From Phoronis australis (lineage: Eukaryota; Animalia; Phoronida): a stretch of 64,000 nt of DNA. The translations under genes were made by a program, and so were the position numbers. Every line of letters starts with the position of its first letter. The first letter of the stretch is position 1. This document shows positions 1-11,815 of the stretch, in pieces. The notes below the pieces were generated by a model, which was given only the letters and a program-made list of their open reading frames with translations, was not told where the DNA came from and searched no databases. The stretch covers positions 907,865 to 971,864 of the forward strand of contig NMRA01000060.1 in the NCBI GenBank assembly GCA_002633005.1, written 5' to 3'.

Positions 1-209
1 GGTTGATTACAGGATAATGTCTTGAAATGTCTGAAACCATATTCGAGCTTAGGCAGTGTAAGCATTACTGATGGACAGATCCAACCCTGACGAATAAGAA
101 TTTGTCGACACGAGCTTCGTTGGAAGCTCATGAACACGGGTAAATTTGAAATTTCAACAAAACATGACTTAAACAGTTTGACTGAGTTCATAACTCGTTA
201 TCCACACAG

Positions 210-399
210 GGAGTGTTGAAACTGTTTGCTGAATTCCGTCAATTGTACAAAGATCTCACCGCCATCGACGGAAAAGCTAGAGTGTTCGCTAAAGACCTCG
301 CTGAAAAAGTGAAAGTTGCCATTCAGAAAGTTAAAGATGAACACCTCAGCCCCGCATTGACGCTCATCAAAAACTTCTTCGACAAAATCTTTAACAGAG
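210..399 (+). CDS. Polyprotein long repeat exon (GVLKLFAEFRQLYKDL...KNFFDKIFNR)
   Basis: cacag acceptor, 190 bp, donor gttcgt; homologous to the four later long exons. Confidence 0.88.
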
Positions 400-3300
400 G
401 TTCGTCAATATTGTTTTCCAATAAAGTGGGTGTGACTTTTGGCATCATAAATGTTGCCCTCTTTATTTTAGTGTAAGGTTTGCCGTCATTTTAATTTTCA
501 CTGGTTTGTATTGGTTGAAAATGNNNNNNNNNNNNNNNNNNNNNNNNNNNNNNNNNNNNNNNNNNNNNNNNNNNNNNNNNNNNNNNNNNNNNNNNNNNNN
601 NNNNNNNNNNNNNNNNNNNNNNNNNNNNNNNNNNNNNNNNNNNNNNNNNNNNNNNNNNNNNNNNNNNNNNNNNNNNNNNNNNNNNNNNNNNNNNNNNNNN
701 NNNNNNNNNNNNNNNNNNNNNNNNNNNNNNNNNNNNNNNNNNNNNNNNNNNNNNNNNNNNNNNNNNNNNNNNNNNNNNNNNNNNNNNNNNNNNNNNNNNN
801 NNNNNNNNNNNNNNNNNNNNNNNNNNNNNNNNNNNNNNNNNNNNNNNNNNNNNNNNNNNNNNNNNNNNNNNNNNNNNNNNNNNNNNNNNNNNNNNNNNNN
901 NNNNNNNNNNNNNNNNNNNNNNNNNNNNNNNNNNNNNNNNNNNNNNNNNNNNNNNNNNNNNNNNNNNNNNNNNNNNNNNNNNNNNNNNNNNNNNNNNNNN
1001 NNNNNNNNNNNNNNNNNNNNNNNNNNNNNNNNAGAACAATCCTTCCATTGGGCTGCGAAAGTTTATGAAAACATTGATAGGGAGTTTTTTATTACTTGAA
1101 AGCAGGGTTCAGTCAATATCACTAATGACTTATTGCTTATGTTTACTTTAGGGCATTTCTAAACTTCTGGTTGAGTTCAGAAAGCTATACCAACAACTGA
1201 AGGAAATTGGCGGGAATGCAAAGGCGTTCGCTAAGGTTGTCGCCGACAAATTAAAGCAAGCTATTGACAAAGTGAAAACTGAACACATCAGCCCTGCTGT
1301 GAAACTTGTGAGGGAATTCTTGAAGAAAGTTCTTAATAGAGGTATTGTAAAGGACTACGATGACCCATCTATACAACCGTTCATGTTTCCACTTACGACT
1401 TTTTGTTGAACTGAGGATCAAACCGCAATTAAAACTTTCTAGAGAATTGAACATTAGTTCACGTAAATGACTTGTGAACAATTTCAGGTAGCTCTTTAGC
1501 AGCCTGTCGTGTCAGTTACACACATTACGCCAACCAAACAAAGGCTGGGTATTGATATGGATAATACTGGCGACAAAAAAAATTAACTAACCTTATACTA
1601 CTATTGCAGCTCTTAAGTTTTACAGTTTTTAAACTTGTTACTTTTGCACTTATGTTTGGGGAAAATACCGAGGTATTTTATCACAAAATTTCGATTTCAG
1701 GTACCAGAGATGTCGTTTCTGATCTTGAGAAGAAATTGGTCGAAGCAACAACGAAACTGACAACAGCCATCGAAACCGGAAAAGGGGTACTCCGAATTAA
1801 ATCATTCTAAAAACAATAATTATACTTCAATGTAGCGGTGACAAGCATGTAGCGACATAAGAGATTTCTTTAGATGGCGATAGAGTTTTCGTGAACGCCG
1901 TTCAGCGTTACCTTCAGTTCACCTGTGTTGGGTTTAGGCAGGAAGGTTTCAAGTCATGTCTGAATATTCCTTCTATGATATTCTACTGATTCCCTAAAAA
2001 TGAAGTTAACATACTGAAATTCTTGTTATTGACTAATCATCTCAGTCAGAAATTCCACTCAACCATATGTGATCAAATACAACACATAGTGTGTACAACT
2101 AGACTGCATGAGTAAATTGACGTCCATTTCTTCAAAGAAAGTTTCCTTATTGAAAACTTGTATCAATGCACGAAAAACTAATTGATCTACACCAGGAATT
2201 AAAGCATGCCTGAAACTAAGGTTAGGAAATTAACAAAATTCCAGAATGTTCTGAAAGCGTTTGCTGAGTTCCGTCAGCTTTACAAAGACCTCCTCGAGAT
2301 CGACGCTGGTGCCAAGGTTTTCGCCAAAACATTAACGCAGAAGATCAAAGAAGCCATTGAGAAAGCTAAGAATGACCACATTTCACCAGCCGTCGCTGCG
2401 GTCAAAAGGTTCATCGATGCTGTTTTTGGTAGAGGTGAGAAACATTGATTTTTAGTAAGAGATGACTAAAGTTCACAGTCAGAAAAGATATCCACATTGA
2501 TAAGTTTGTCACCGACAAACTAATCCAATTTTTAAAGACTTTTACCCTTCTATACTTTCGGTGCAAATGCTCTTAAAATAAGCTTAATGCTAGTGAAGTG
2601 CTTTAGACCCAAAATTATGCACTTTTTCATAAAAATATAAAAATTGGTGTACTTCCTAATTTAGGTTTATCAAAATCAGCCTAGGTACCCATCACAATCA
2701 CCGTGGTAACTATCCGCCACCTTGTATATGAAAAAGCTGATTCATCAATTTTAACATGTTATATTACATTTTGTAACAAAAATCGTAACTTTTGCATCCA
2801 GTCATAATGAAGATATCGCACAAAAATTTTATGCAAAAAATCAACAAAGAAAGGTGGCCGCTCTGTGGTATTGCATTTCATTATGGTTGCCAGATTTTCA
2901 TAAGCATACTCGCTCTTGCTTATTCAAAAACGGTAATACTGCCACAACTTTTTATCAATACCCTGCCCCCATTTATCTGAAAAGCTGAAAAAGAGGTGGA
3001 ATGTAATTCCGGCAATCACATCAGCTGGGATCGAGTATTATCCCAAGTTCCTTCCGATTGCTCCAAGATCGACTGCATAGTCCATCACGTGGTGATTATT
3101 CAAATGGATAAAATTGACTAAGAAAAACTTCATCATTTTTTTTATTAAAGTTGCTGTCTCAGGATCATTTTTGAACAATTCTGAGGTGCTAAGGTACTTT
3201 ATCACGAACTTTCGATTGCAGGCACCAGAGACGTCATTTCAGATCTGGAGAAGAAATTGGTCGAAGCAACAACAAAACTGACAACTGCCATCGAAACCGG

Positions 3301-6300
3301 CAAAGGGGTACTCCGAATTAATTCATTTTAAATATAATAGGCATTTCTCAAACTCTCGGAATCATGCATGCAATGCCATAAGCTACCCGTTAAATCTTGA
3401 TACAGACTGTATAGTGTTGGTGAAGAACGTTAAGCGTCACCATCAATTCACCTGTGATGAATGTAGGCAAGAATATTGCGACCCGTTTCGTTGTGGTTAG
3501 CGCGACCGTCTTGCGTAAGAAGTTTGAGTGAAGCAATAGTCGCTTTCGTGTTTTCACTCCGCAAGTTTTGTAAGCCGGATGTTTTGGATTTATTTTTGAT
3601 GAAACATATTAGTATAAATTTAGGCTCAAATGTCTTTGATCAAATACAGCACCTGCTCTGTTCAAAGTTGTACAACTAAACTGCGTGGAAAATTGATGCA
3701 TCTTTTTCTAGAGAGTTCCTGCGGGTAGATAGTATGAAATACAGCATGTCAAACTATGAAACGTGACTGCATGTCAAGCTGCTTGTATTCCACCAGAAAT
3801 ATTGTTAAAGCCTGAAACTATAGTTAAGAAATTTACAACCTTCCAGAGCGTTCTGAAAGCGTTTGCTGAGTTCCGTCAGCTTTACAAAGACCTCCTTGAG
3901 ATCGACGCTGGTGCCAAGGTTTTTGCCAAAACATTAGCGCAGAAGGTCAAAGAAGCCATTGAAAATGCTAAGAATGACCACATTACACCTGCCATCGCTG
4001 CAGTCAAAAGGTTCATCGATGTTGTTTTTGGGAGAGGTGAGACCTACTGATTTTTAGTAAGATATAACTAACGTTCACAGTCAGTAAAGATATCCACCTT
4101 GTTAAGTTTGTCAGCGACAAACTTAACAAATCTTTTAAAGGTTTTTACCCTGCTATATGTTCGGTGCAATTGATCTTAAAATAAGCTTAATGTCAGAAAG
4201 TGCTTTAGACCCAAAGTTGAGCACTTTTAATAAAGATATGAAAATTGGTGTACTTCATGATTTAGGCTCATCAAAATCAGTCTAGACATCCCTCACAATC
4301 ACCGTGGTAACCATCCGCCATCTTGGTTATGAAATATCTGATTTATCAACTTTAGCCTTTTATATTACATTTTGTAATAAAAATCATAACTGTCATATCG
4401 AGTCAAAATGAAGATATGGCACAAAGATTTTATACAAAAAATCAACAAAGAAAGGTGGTCGCACAGGCGTATTGCATTTCAATATAGTTGCCAGATTCTC
4501 ATAAGCATACTCGCTCTTGCTTATTAAAAAGGATAATACTGCCACAATTTTTAACAATACCCTGCCCCCATGTATCTGACAAGCTGAAAAAGAGGTGGAA
4601 TGTGATTCAGCCTATCACATCAGCTGGGTTCGAGTATTATCCCGAATTTCTTCCGTTTGCTCCAAGATTGACAGCATAGTACACCACGTGGTGATTATTC
4701 AAATGCATAAAACTGACTAAGAAAAACGTCACCATTTTTTATAAAAATTGCTGTTTAGGATTATTTTTGAACACTTCTGAGGTACTAAGATGCTTTATCA
4801 CAAACTTTCGATTGCAGGCACCAGAGACGTCATTTCTGATCTGGAGAAGAAATTGGTCGAAGCAACAACAAAACTGACAACCGCCATCGAAACCGGCAAA
4901 GGGGTACTCCGAATTAATTCATTTTAAATATAATAGGCATTTCCCAATACCTCGGAATCATGTATGGAATGACATATGCTATTCCGTAATTGCTGATAGA
5001 GTGTTGGTGAACAACGTTAAGCGTCACCTTCAATTCATCTGTGATGGATGTAGACAGGGATATTGCAAACTGTTTCGTCGTAGTTTTCGCAACCGTCTTG
5101 CGTAAGAAATTTTAGTGAAGCAAAAGTCGCTTTCGTGTTTTCACTCCTCAAGTTCTGTTCTATACCGGATGTTTTGGATTTATTTTTGATGGAACATATC
5201 AGTAGAAATTTAGACTCAAATGTCTTTGATCAAATGCAGCACTTGCTCTGTGCAAAGTTGTACAACTAGACTGCGTGGGATATTAATGCACCTTTTTCTA
5301 AAGAGTTCCTGCGGTTAGATATTATGAAATACAGCATGTCAAACTATGAAACGTGACTGCATGTCAAGCTCTTTGTATTCCACCAGAAATAATGTCTAAG
5401 CCTGAAATTACCGTTAAGAAATTTACAATATTCCAGAGCGTTCTGAAAGCGTTTGCCGAGTTCCGTCAGCTTTACAAAGACCTCCTTGAGATCGACGCTG
5501 GTGCCAAGGTTTTCGCCAAAACATTAGCTCAGAAAGTCAAAGAATCCATTGAAAATGCTAAGAATAACCACATTACACCTGCCGTCGCTGCAGTCAAAAG
5601 GTTCATCGATGCCGTCTTTCGCAGAGGTGAGTTTCATTGCTTTGAGTAAGAAATGTCAAACCTTCACATTGAGCAAGATATCTGCCTTTGTGTTTATTTT
5701 TTTTCTGCCGCTTACTCATTAAATCTGCTATAGCCATAATTCATATATTCATTAAAATATCTAGAAAATATCCTAGGTCTTTCAACGATTGTACCGCGCA
5801 CGTGTGTGACACGCTGAGCTAACAATATGTCCTACAATTTTCTTGTGTCGAGGTGTAATGCTCAATGCTTCAATGCCTCTACCCGTACCGACAAAGCACA
5901 TGACATTGTAAGTAAGTCAAGAACATTTTCTTGGGTTAGATACTCAAATAAGATTTAGCGTGGTTAACGGAAATCATGCTGCCTTCAATTTATGTAAAAA
6001 TAAAGAAATGCAAACATTTAAATGATGCAAATTGTTAACTTATTGGACCGTTCAACGAAATTGACATAACTCGTTTCTCTTTTCAGGAAGCAGAGAGGTT
6101 GACTTCGAGGAAGATGATGTAAGTTGAAACACGTTTGTATCTCGTTGCAAATGAATTTTTGTGCCGGCGCTTGTCAATAGTTAAGACTTTCGTTATTAGA
6201 GAAGAATGGTGCCCTTATTTGCCGAAATATTCGAGCGCGTATAAAAACTTACTAAGTGAGATATTGTAATCTTTTAACTATAACAGGGAACTCATAAAAA

Positions 6301-7057
6301 GGCCGTCTTTGTTACATGTAAATTGTCTTTTAAGGTGGTTGCTCTGCGCCGACGTGGTTTGATCAAGGATTTCTTCGGCAAACTGTTCGATACTGCTAAG
6401 GATATCGTCAACAAGCTCGTAACTGGTCTCCATGGCAAATTCAAGGAACTTGGGCAATTCCTTGGTCAACTGTTGAAGGACCACGTGGAGAAGGCGAAAC
6501 CTCACATGGAAAACATCAAGCAACTGGCAAAGGAGGTGAGCTCTTTGACAAATTTAGCTCCTGTTAGTTTAACTTTTTTTACTGTCCCAAGTCATGTACG
6601 AGTGATTATCGGCGGAAACGCTGCCTTACGCAACGGGAATAGTGGACAGCGCTTTATTCTCATGAAGCAACTGTCCGCTTTGTCGTCAAGTTGTGGCTAG
6701 CGTAAGTGACCTTTTTCCAGCGACATCTTACGGTATATTGTGAAACGTGCTAGGTGCCAGCTTTGATTAATTCGTCTCGGTTGATTTCGTTTTAAATAAA
6801 CCCAATTTACAACACTGTTTCTAATAACAACGGCAATTTCAGAAGCATTTGTGTTATTTCATCTGTACGGCGATAAAGTAACGTCTTTGTTCTAGTTTTT
6901 GGGACACGCCAAGGAAGCCACGTTACAGACTCTGGAGGAAGCCAAAGAATTCTTCGGCAATTACAAAAACGATCTCGGCGATCTGTGGAAAAAATTGTTG
7001 GAAACGATCAACACCGCTGAGAAGACTTTGAAGGCAACCACACCGACTCCTGCTTAA
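210..7057 (+). CDS. Multi-exon gene (5' end outside window) for a tandem-repeat amphipathic alpha-helical polyprotein; exons 210-399, [short exon probably in gap 524-1032], 1152-1341, 1701-1786, 2245-2434, 3222-3307, 3847-4036, 4818-4903, 5437-5626, 6087-6118, 6335-6535, 6896-7057
   Basis: All exons are AG/GT-bounded with matching phases. Alternating 190-bp (phase 0-1) and 86-bp (phase 1-0) exons give 276 nt = 92 aa units. Stop TAA at 7055-7057, AATAAA at 7103-7108. Product family not recognised. Confidence 0.88.
1152..1341 (+). CDS. Polyprotein long repeat exon, divergent copy (GISKLLVEFRKLYQQLKEIGGNAKAFAKVVADKLKQAIDKVKTEHISPAVKLVREFLKKVLNR); absent from the ORF track
   Basis: tttag acceptor, 190 bp open frame, donor gtattg; keeps the EFR.LY, FAK and H.SPA motifs. 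Confidence 0.88.
1701..1786 (+). CDS. Polyprotein short repeat exon (GTRDVVSDLEKKLVEATTKLTTAIETGKG)
   Basis: tttcag acceptor, 86 bp, donor gtactc; near-identical copies at 3222 and 4818. Confidence 0.88.
2245..2434 (+). CDS. Polyprotein long repeat exon (NVLKAFAEFRQLYKDLLEID...KRFIDAVFGR)
   Basis: ttccag acceptor, 190 bp, donor gtgaga. Confidence 0.9.
3222..3307 (+). CDS. Polyprotein short repeat exon (GTRDVISDLEKKLVEATTKLTTAIETGKG)
   Basis: ttgcag acceptor, 86 bp, donor gtactc. Confidence 0.88.
3847..4036 (+). CDS. Polyprotein long repeat exon (SVLKAFAEFRQ...KRFIDVVFGR)
   Basis: ttccag acceptor, 190 bp, donor gtgaga. Confidence 0.9.
4818..4903 (+). CDS. Polyprotein short repeat exon
   Basis: ttgcag acceptor, 86 bp, donor gtactc. 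Confidence 0.88.
5437..5626 (+). CDS. Polyprotein long repeat exon (SVLKAFAEFRQ...KRFIDAVFRR)
   Basis: ttccag acceptor, 190 bp, donor gtgagt. Confidence 0.9.
6087..6118 (+). CDS. Polyprotein acidic spacer micro-exon (GSREVDFEEDD)
   Basis: Polypyrimidine tract + cag, 32 bp, strong donor gtaagt; phase 1-0 links the flanking exons in frame. Confidence 0.82.
6335..6535 (+). CDS. Polyprotein C-terminal domain exon (VVALRRRGLIKDFFGKLFDTAKDIVNKLVTGLHGKFKELGQFLGQLLKDHVEKAKPHMENIKQLAKE)
   Basis: ttttaag acceptor, 201 bp, donor gtgagc, phase 0-0. Confidence 0.88.
6896..7057 (+). CDS. Polyprotein terminal exon (FLGHAKEATLQTLEEAKEFFGNYKNDLGDLWKKLLETINTAEKTLKATTPTPA*)
   Basis: ttctag acceptor, open frame to TAA, downstream AATAAA. 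Confidence 0.87.
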   Translation, partial: FLGHAKEATLQTLEEAKEFFGNYKNDLGDLWKKLLETINTAEKTLKATTPTPA

Positions 7058-7102
7058 TCAATTAAAATATGATGTTAGATGTACCTAAATACCTTCAAAG
7101 TA

Positions 7103-7108
7103 AATAAA
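7103..7108 (+). terminator. Polyadenylation signal AATAAA of the polyprotein gene
   Basis: AATAAA 46 nt after the stop codon. Confidence 0.6.
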
Positions 7109-8149
7109 GTTATACACATGTGAAAGTCATCTTTTCATTAACAGCCTCTAATAGATTTATGAGGTAACATTCACCATTTTGAGAATTGGGATGGTTTGTT
7201 ATGACAATCTCTAACGAGAACAAAGCGATCGTGCTAGATTGCGCAAAATAGCGCGTCATTGAACTCGTATTTACATTCAGCCCACCGTAGCGTATGTTAT
7301 ATTATTGATATCTGGTGGGAGTTATCTTATACTATACCATATGCTACTACATCCGCTAGATATTTTCAGTAGAAACATATTTACAATTACCTTGTAATCT
7401 CGGGCCTCAAAACCAATGCCATGCGAGCAGTTTTGCTGCTTCCGTTACTCGACTTAAAATGTTCCTTCACTGAACTATTTTTTAAGCGAGCTTAAGAAAT
7501 GTCATCGATTTCCGCAACAGTTGTTGATGAGCCAACTCGCTGTCGAGCTGGTCTCGCCACCTGGTGACTAAGCTTGGAACCTTACTGGCGTTCAACAACA
7601 AAATAGACGCCACTGAATTGATTTGTAAACGAGACTGGATGATGAGGGACATTTCGTCGGTTTCTGTTCCATTGGTGGTGCACTTACGGAACGCAGCACT
7701 GATCAGATTTCAAGACTCAAATGTAGCTTATCGTGAGCGTCGCAGTAAACATTGGAACACTGTAAAGTTAGCAAAAAAATCTTTGTATTATGTAATCGAG
7801 ATAACTGTTGCCAGGTGAACACGCCACCTATGTTTTAAAAAAGAGAAGGCACGTGCGGCCGTGGGCACCTGTTTTCGAAGACAAGTTGTCCAGACAGTGT
7901 AATAGAAGGAATTTCAGATGAAGGTGGCACCGGAAGGATGAGTGTGCAATTCGCAACACGAACCTTAGACTGTTTCAGCAAACTCAAGTGCAAAAGCGTG
8001 CAGGGATGAAATCATTCGAGTTACGACATGTACTCACGGAAAATGTCAGACGTGACTATGTTCTGTGTGGACATTTTTTGACGAAGTACCGCTATGTGAT
8101 ACCACAAGCAAAGCCATCTAGTGGAACACCTCGGATGTTTTCGTACATG

Positions 8150-8240
8150 TAGCCTCAAATTTCCCCTCGTGCATCGGTCGTACGACTGAAGTTAGCATAT
8201 GCTAAGATAACATTCACCTACAAGAGGAAATTTGAGGCTA
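8150..8240. mobile_element. Short inverted-repeat element (MITE-like)
   Basis: tagcctcaaatttccc...ggaaatttgaggcta terminal inverted repeats about 90 bp apart. Confidence 0.45.
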
Positions 8241-10109
8241 AGGAAATACGCAGGTGTTAGATAGAAGCGTAAAAAGTGACTTCAAAAGGTTTGACTGGTG
8301 AGCATCCTGCGTTGGAACGGCCACGTGATCTGCTGAGGTGCTTGATTTTTAATACGTACTTTGTACAATAAAAACGACGAAAAAGAAAACACCGGAAATT
8401 CTTATCTACACACCCACACACACAATTTTACTCTTGTTGATACTAATATAAGTTGTTACAGCAATATTTATAGATATTCCAACTATAAGTGATATGAATA
8501 AAACGTACCAGCTTCTGGTTTATATGATGATGAAATTGCCACCTTTGTGAGACCGTGGTAATATTTTTATATTTGCAAAAAATAGCCATAACTGCTTGAC
8601 ATCCCTTGAAATGTTTTAATCAACCGTAGCATTTATATGAAATTGATCGCAAATCTGCATTCTTGAAATGTTGCTTCATAGCTTGAGAGTTCGTAAACCC
8701 GTGTTCATGTACACATAAATAACAATCAAGAAACAATAACAGTATAAATTCATCGTGTTCGTTCATCGTCTAAGTGGCGCTTAATGAAATGTCTTGATTT
8801 TAATGACATATTTCCCAGTCTTCGCAGGTGGTCAAGACAAAAATAACCTCCAAACTTCGGGAAAGATTCCCTATGTAATGTAATCAAGCAACAAAGTCTT
8901 TTGACGAAATAACACTCATTTTACTTTTAAACTTGGTCTACTTAATCATTTACGCTGGCGTAACGTCAACCCGAAAAAAGCAATTTATAATAATTAAGTA
9001 CTATACTATGTGCCATCACCCGCTAGGCGGAGCCTGGCGCGGGAGGGTACTAAAGAGATAAATACAAATATAGGTGATTTATAAACGGTTACCTTCTTTT
9101 GAAAGAAATCTATTCAAGCGTGACTAAATGTAGTAATGGACTCTGTTCCAGACCTCTCAGGTAAGACAATAACACGGATCGAAGTTTTTTCGAGAGATTT
9201 CTCGCCCTTTGACGGTTAGTACAAACCCACCTATGCAACCACAACATTAGTTTATGTAATTCCAATTTTCGCCAGAACCAAAGCCAGAGTTTCCAATTCT
9301 TAGGTGATTGAGGGACAGAGATTCTTTTCCAGTGGTCCGGTGTATAAGCTTCAATCACGATGTACCTGTATATCTGAGCATATTTTGTAACCTATCCAGC
9401 GTTCATTCTTGAACATCCGGAGTTCGATCGCCTCACGGGGACAGAACGAACTTGTGCAAAATTCATAGCAAATCCTTGGACACTATAGTATAGTCTCAAT
9501 TTCATCAATCGAATGTTTCAAACGTGAGTGGATAAGTGCACCTGAGTGGTCTCTTATTTAAGCAGTTGACAGCGGTAACCAAGGCAGTGTTTCTTATCTA
9601 TCCATGGTACCTCAGTGCACCATGGGTACCTCCAAATACTTCGCACATGGAGCCTGCAGACTCGTCACAGTCGCTGCTATGGTGTAGGTCTACGTCCCTA
9701 GCAGCTGAGGTCGACTTGTAGCTTTAGGCAAGAACTCACATATGTCAACTGCATTGCATTTTTTGTATTTGATTACTCTCGTTAAATTCTTGGCTTTTCA
9801 CTGGTAAAAACATTTATCTGAGCTTGGTTAAAGAGGGGGGGACGTCAAACATCCTGTATTCAATTGTAGTTTTGTCATAGTTATCATATCAATGCCACTT
9901 TTTACATCACATGTCTAATAGAAATAAAACGACTTACTTGTTTTAAGTTAAGACAAGGATACTTTGACGAAACTGGTTAGTTTAATATTTGTTTTCGAGA
10001 GATATAGTGTTCGTTTTTCATACACCTTACATGATTATCTCAAAATGCAAAGTGAATTCTGTTATCGATGTAGATTTTTATGCTTTGTGACGTGTGAAAA
10101 AACATCACC

Positions 10110-10902
10110 ATTCCTTTACTAAATGTTTAATTGAACGGAGGACGTAGAAGATTTTCTCGATCAATAGTGACTTAAAATTTCATACACAAAACATTTCATT
10201 TTAATTTGCCATAAATATTTTTAAATATTTATTGTAAGCTTGGATGCTGTAAATGCAGTTTCGAAAAGCATCATCTTTAACTGTAGACGATTTCGAATTT
10301 CGCGAATTTGGGGAAAGAACAGCTGAGTGTTTCACATTCGCTTACGAGGTACAGATTTACGTTTGTTAACAACCAAATTTATCCTTTATTTTAAGATTAC
10401 ATTGTCCTGATTCACCCAACCGTGATATTTACTCATACATGTATATGTTTTTAAATAATTGAATTGGTTGATCAGCTTAGGTTTAAATCCCAGGTGGCTT
10501 ATCTGNATTCCTTTACTAAATGTTTAATTGAACGGAGGACGTAGAAGATTTTCTCGATCAATAGTGACTTAAAATTTCATACACAAAACATTTCATTTTA
10601 ATTTACCGTAAATATTTTTAAATATTTATTGTAAGCTTGGATGCTGTAAATGCAGTTTCGAAAAGCATCATCTTTAACTGTAGACGATTTCGAATTTCGC
10701 GAATTTGGGGAAAGAACAGCTGAGTGTTTCACATTCGCTTACGAGGTACAGATTTACGTTTGTTAACAACCAAATTTATCCTTTATTTTAAGATTACATT
10801 GTCCTGATTCACCCAACCGTGATATTTACTCATACATGTATATGTTTTTAAATAATTGAATTGGTTGATCAGCTTAGGTTTAAATCCCAGGTGGCTTATC
10901 TG
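10110..10902. repeat. 396-bp direct duplication around a single N (likely contig-overlap or haplotype artefact)
   Basis: 10110-10505 equals 10507-10902 except aatttgccataa vs aatttaccgtaa; N at 10506. Confidence 0.85.
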
Positions 10903-11815
10903 TTGTGTTAGCAATAACTAATGTTTCAATAAATTAACCATTCACAAATTATCTTCATTTCACAGAGTACGAAAAAGACAATGCATGTAGTTTAGGTTTG
11001 GCACTCCATGAGAAGCGAACAAGAAAAAGTTTAAAAACGAATAACATGCTCGTGATACAATCGTAATATATTGGACACAGGATAGGTAACATATTTTGCT
11101 AATGTTCATTAAAATCCATTTTGATCGGCCTGACCTAAATATAAAGCGGCCATATACCCGCCTACGGTCACAGAAAATAGTTGATTTAGAACACTTGCCG
11201 TTATGAAAATTAATCTGAAATTGTTCCTTAGTTAAAATAGATGCGATTCATGGGCTTGGAAAAAGCTGCCAGTTCAACATTGCTTGAATCTACTTTTCTC
11301 TATGTGATCGAAATCGAAATTAAACTCGAAATTGTTTTTGACATTGTTGTTCTACGTCTGTTGTTCTGTGCTCGAGTGCATTATGGTTTGTGTATATTAT
11401 TGTCTAGTTCTGGCTCAGTTACGATGACCTCTACTTAGATTCGTGCTATAAACGCGAGTTTAAACTCGTGATTTCGAGTAAAATCTTGAAATATTTTCTA
11501 TAATGTTGGGATTATCAAGTAGAAACTAAGATTAAACAGTTATTCACGTAAATCGTTAGGTACCCGAGAACTAGATAATAGACAATTATCCAATTGTACA
11601 CTAGAAACTGTCAAAACTAATTTCGTGTTCCACTACGAATATAAAGATCAGAGCCCGGGCGGGCTAAGGCTACACAAGCTGACTTGTCACGATGGGTCAT
11701 TTTATACACTGAGACTAGTCTCAAGCAAAAACGAACTGGCATTTTTCTGCAAGACGAAAATCACAAACAAGCTGAGACCAGATGTGGAGCGGTAAGTGTC
11801 TAAATCATGATTTAA

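Larger units (their letters stand above)
1660..5630 (+). repeat. Intragenic tandem duplication (about 1.5-1.6 kb unit: short exon + intron + long exon + intron), three copies
   Basis: Exon starts are spaced 1521/1596 (short exons) and 1602/1590 (long exons); introns 2435-3221 vs 4037-4817 and 3308-3846 vs 4904-5436 align by eye over their full length. Confidence 0.9.

Noticed and set aside
491-1099. Long ORFs of 185-197 aa in the ORF track
   Set aside because: They are runs of X across the N gap 524-1032.
2697-4312. X-box-like ATCACCGTGGTAAC in polyprotein introns (near 2697 and 4298)
   Set aside because: The two copies come from the intragenic duplication, so they are not independent; an isolated motif with no supporting context.
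7400-9750. Possible small gene or exon fragments (ORFs 7564-7818, 9110-9358, 9536-9721; splice-like sites near 9092, 9366, 9524)
   Set aside because: No recognisable motif and no in-phase exon chain could be built by eye; needs RNA-seq or tBLASTx.
10110-10902. 396-bp tandem duplication as a biological event
   Set aside because: The copies meet exactly at a single N and differ at only two visible positions; typical of unmerged overlapping contigs or haplotypes.
11640-11797. Strong donor GCG|GTAAGT at 11792 as an upstream RFX4 first exon
   Set aside because: The nearby ATG (11692) hits a stop within 7 codons and nothing links it to RFX4; a non-coding exon cannot be supported from sequence alone.
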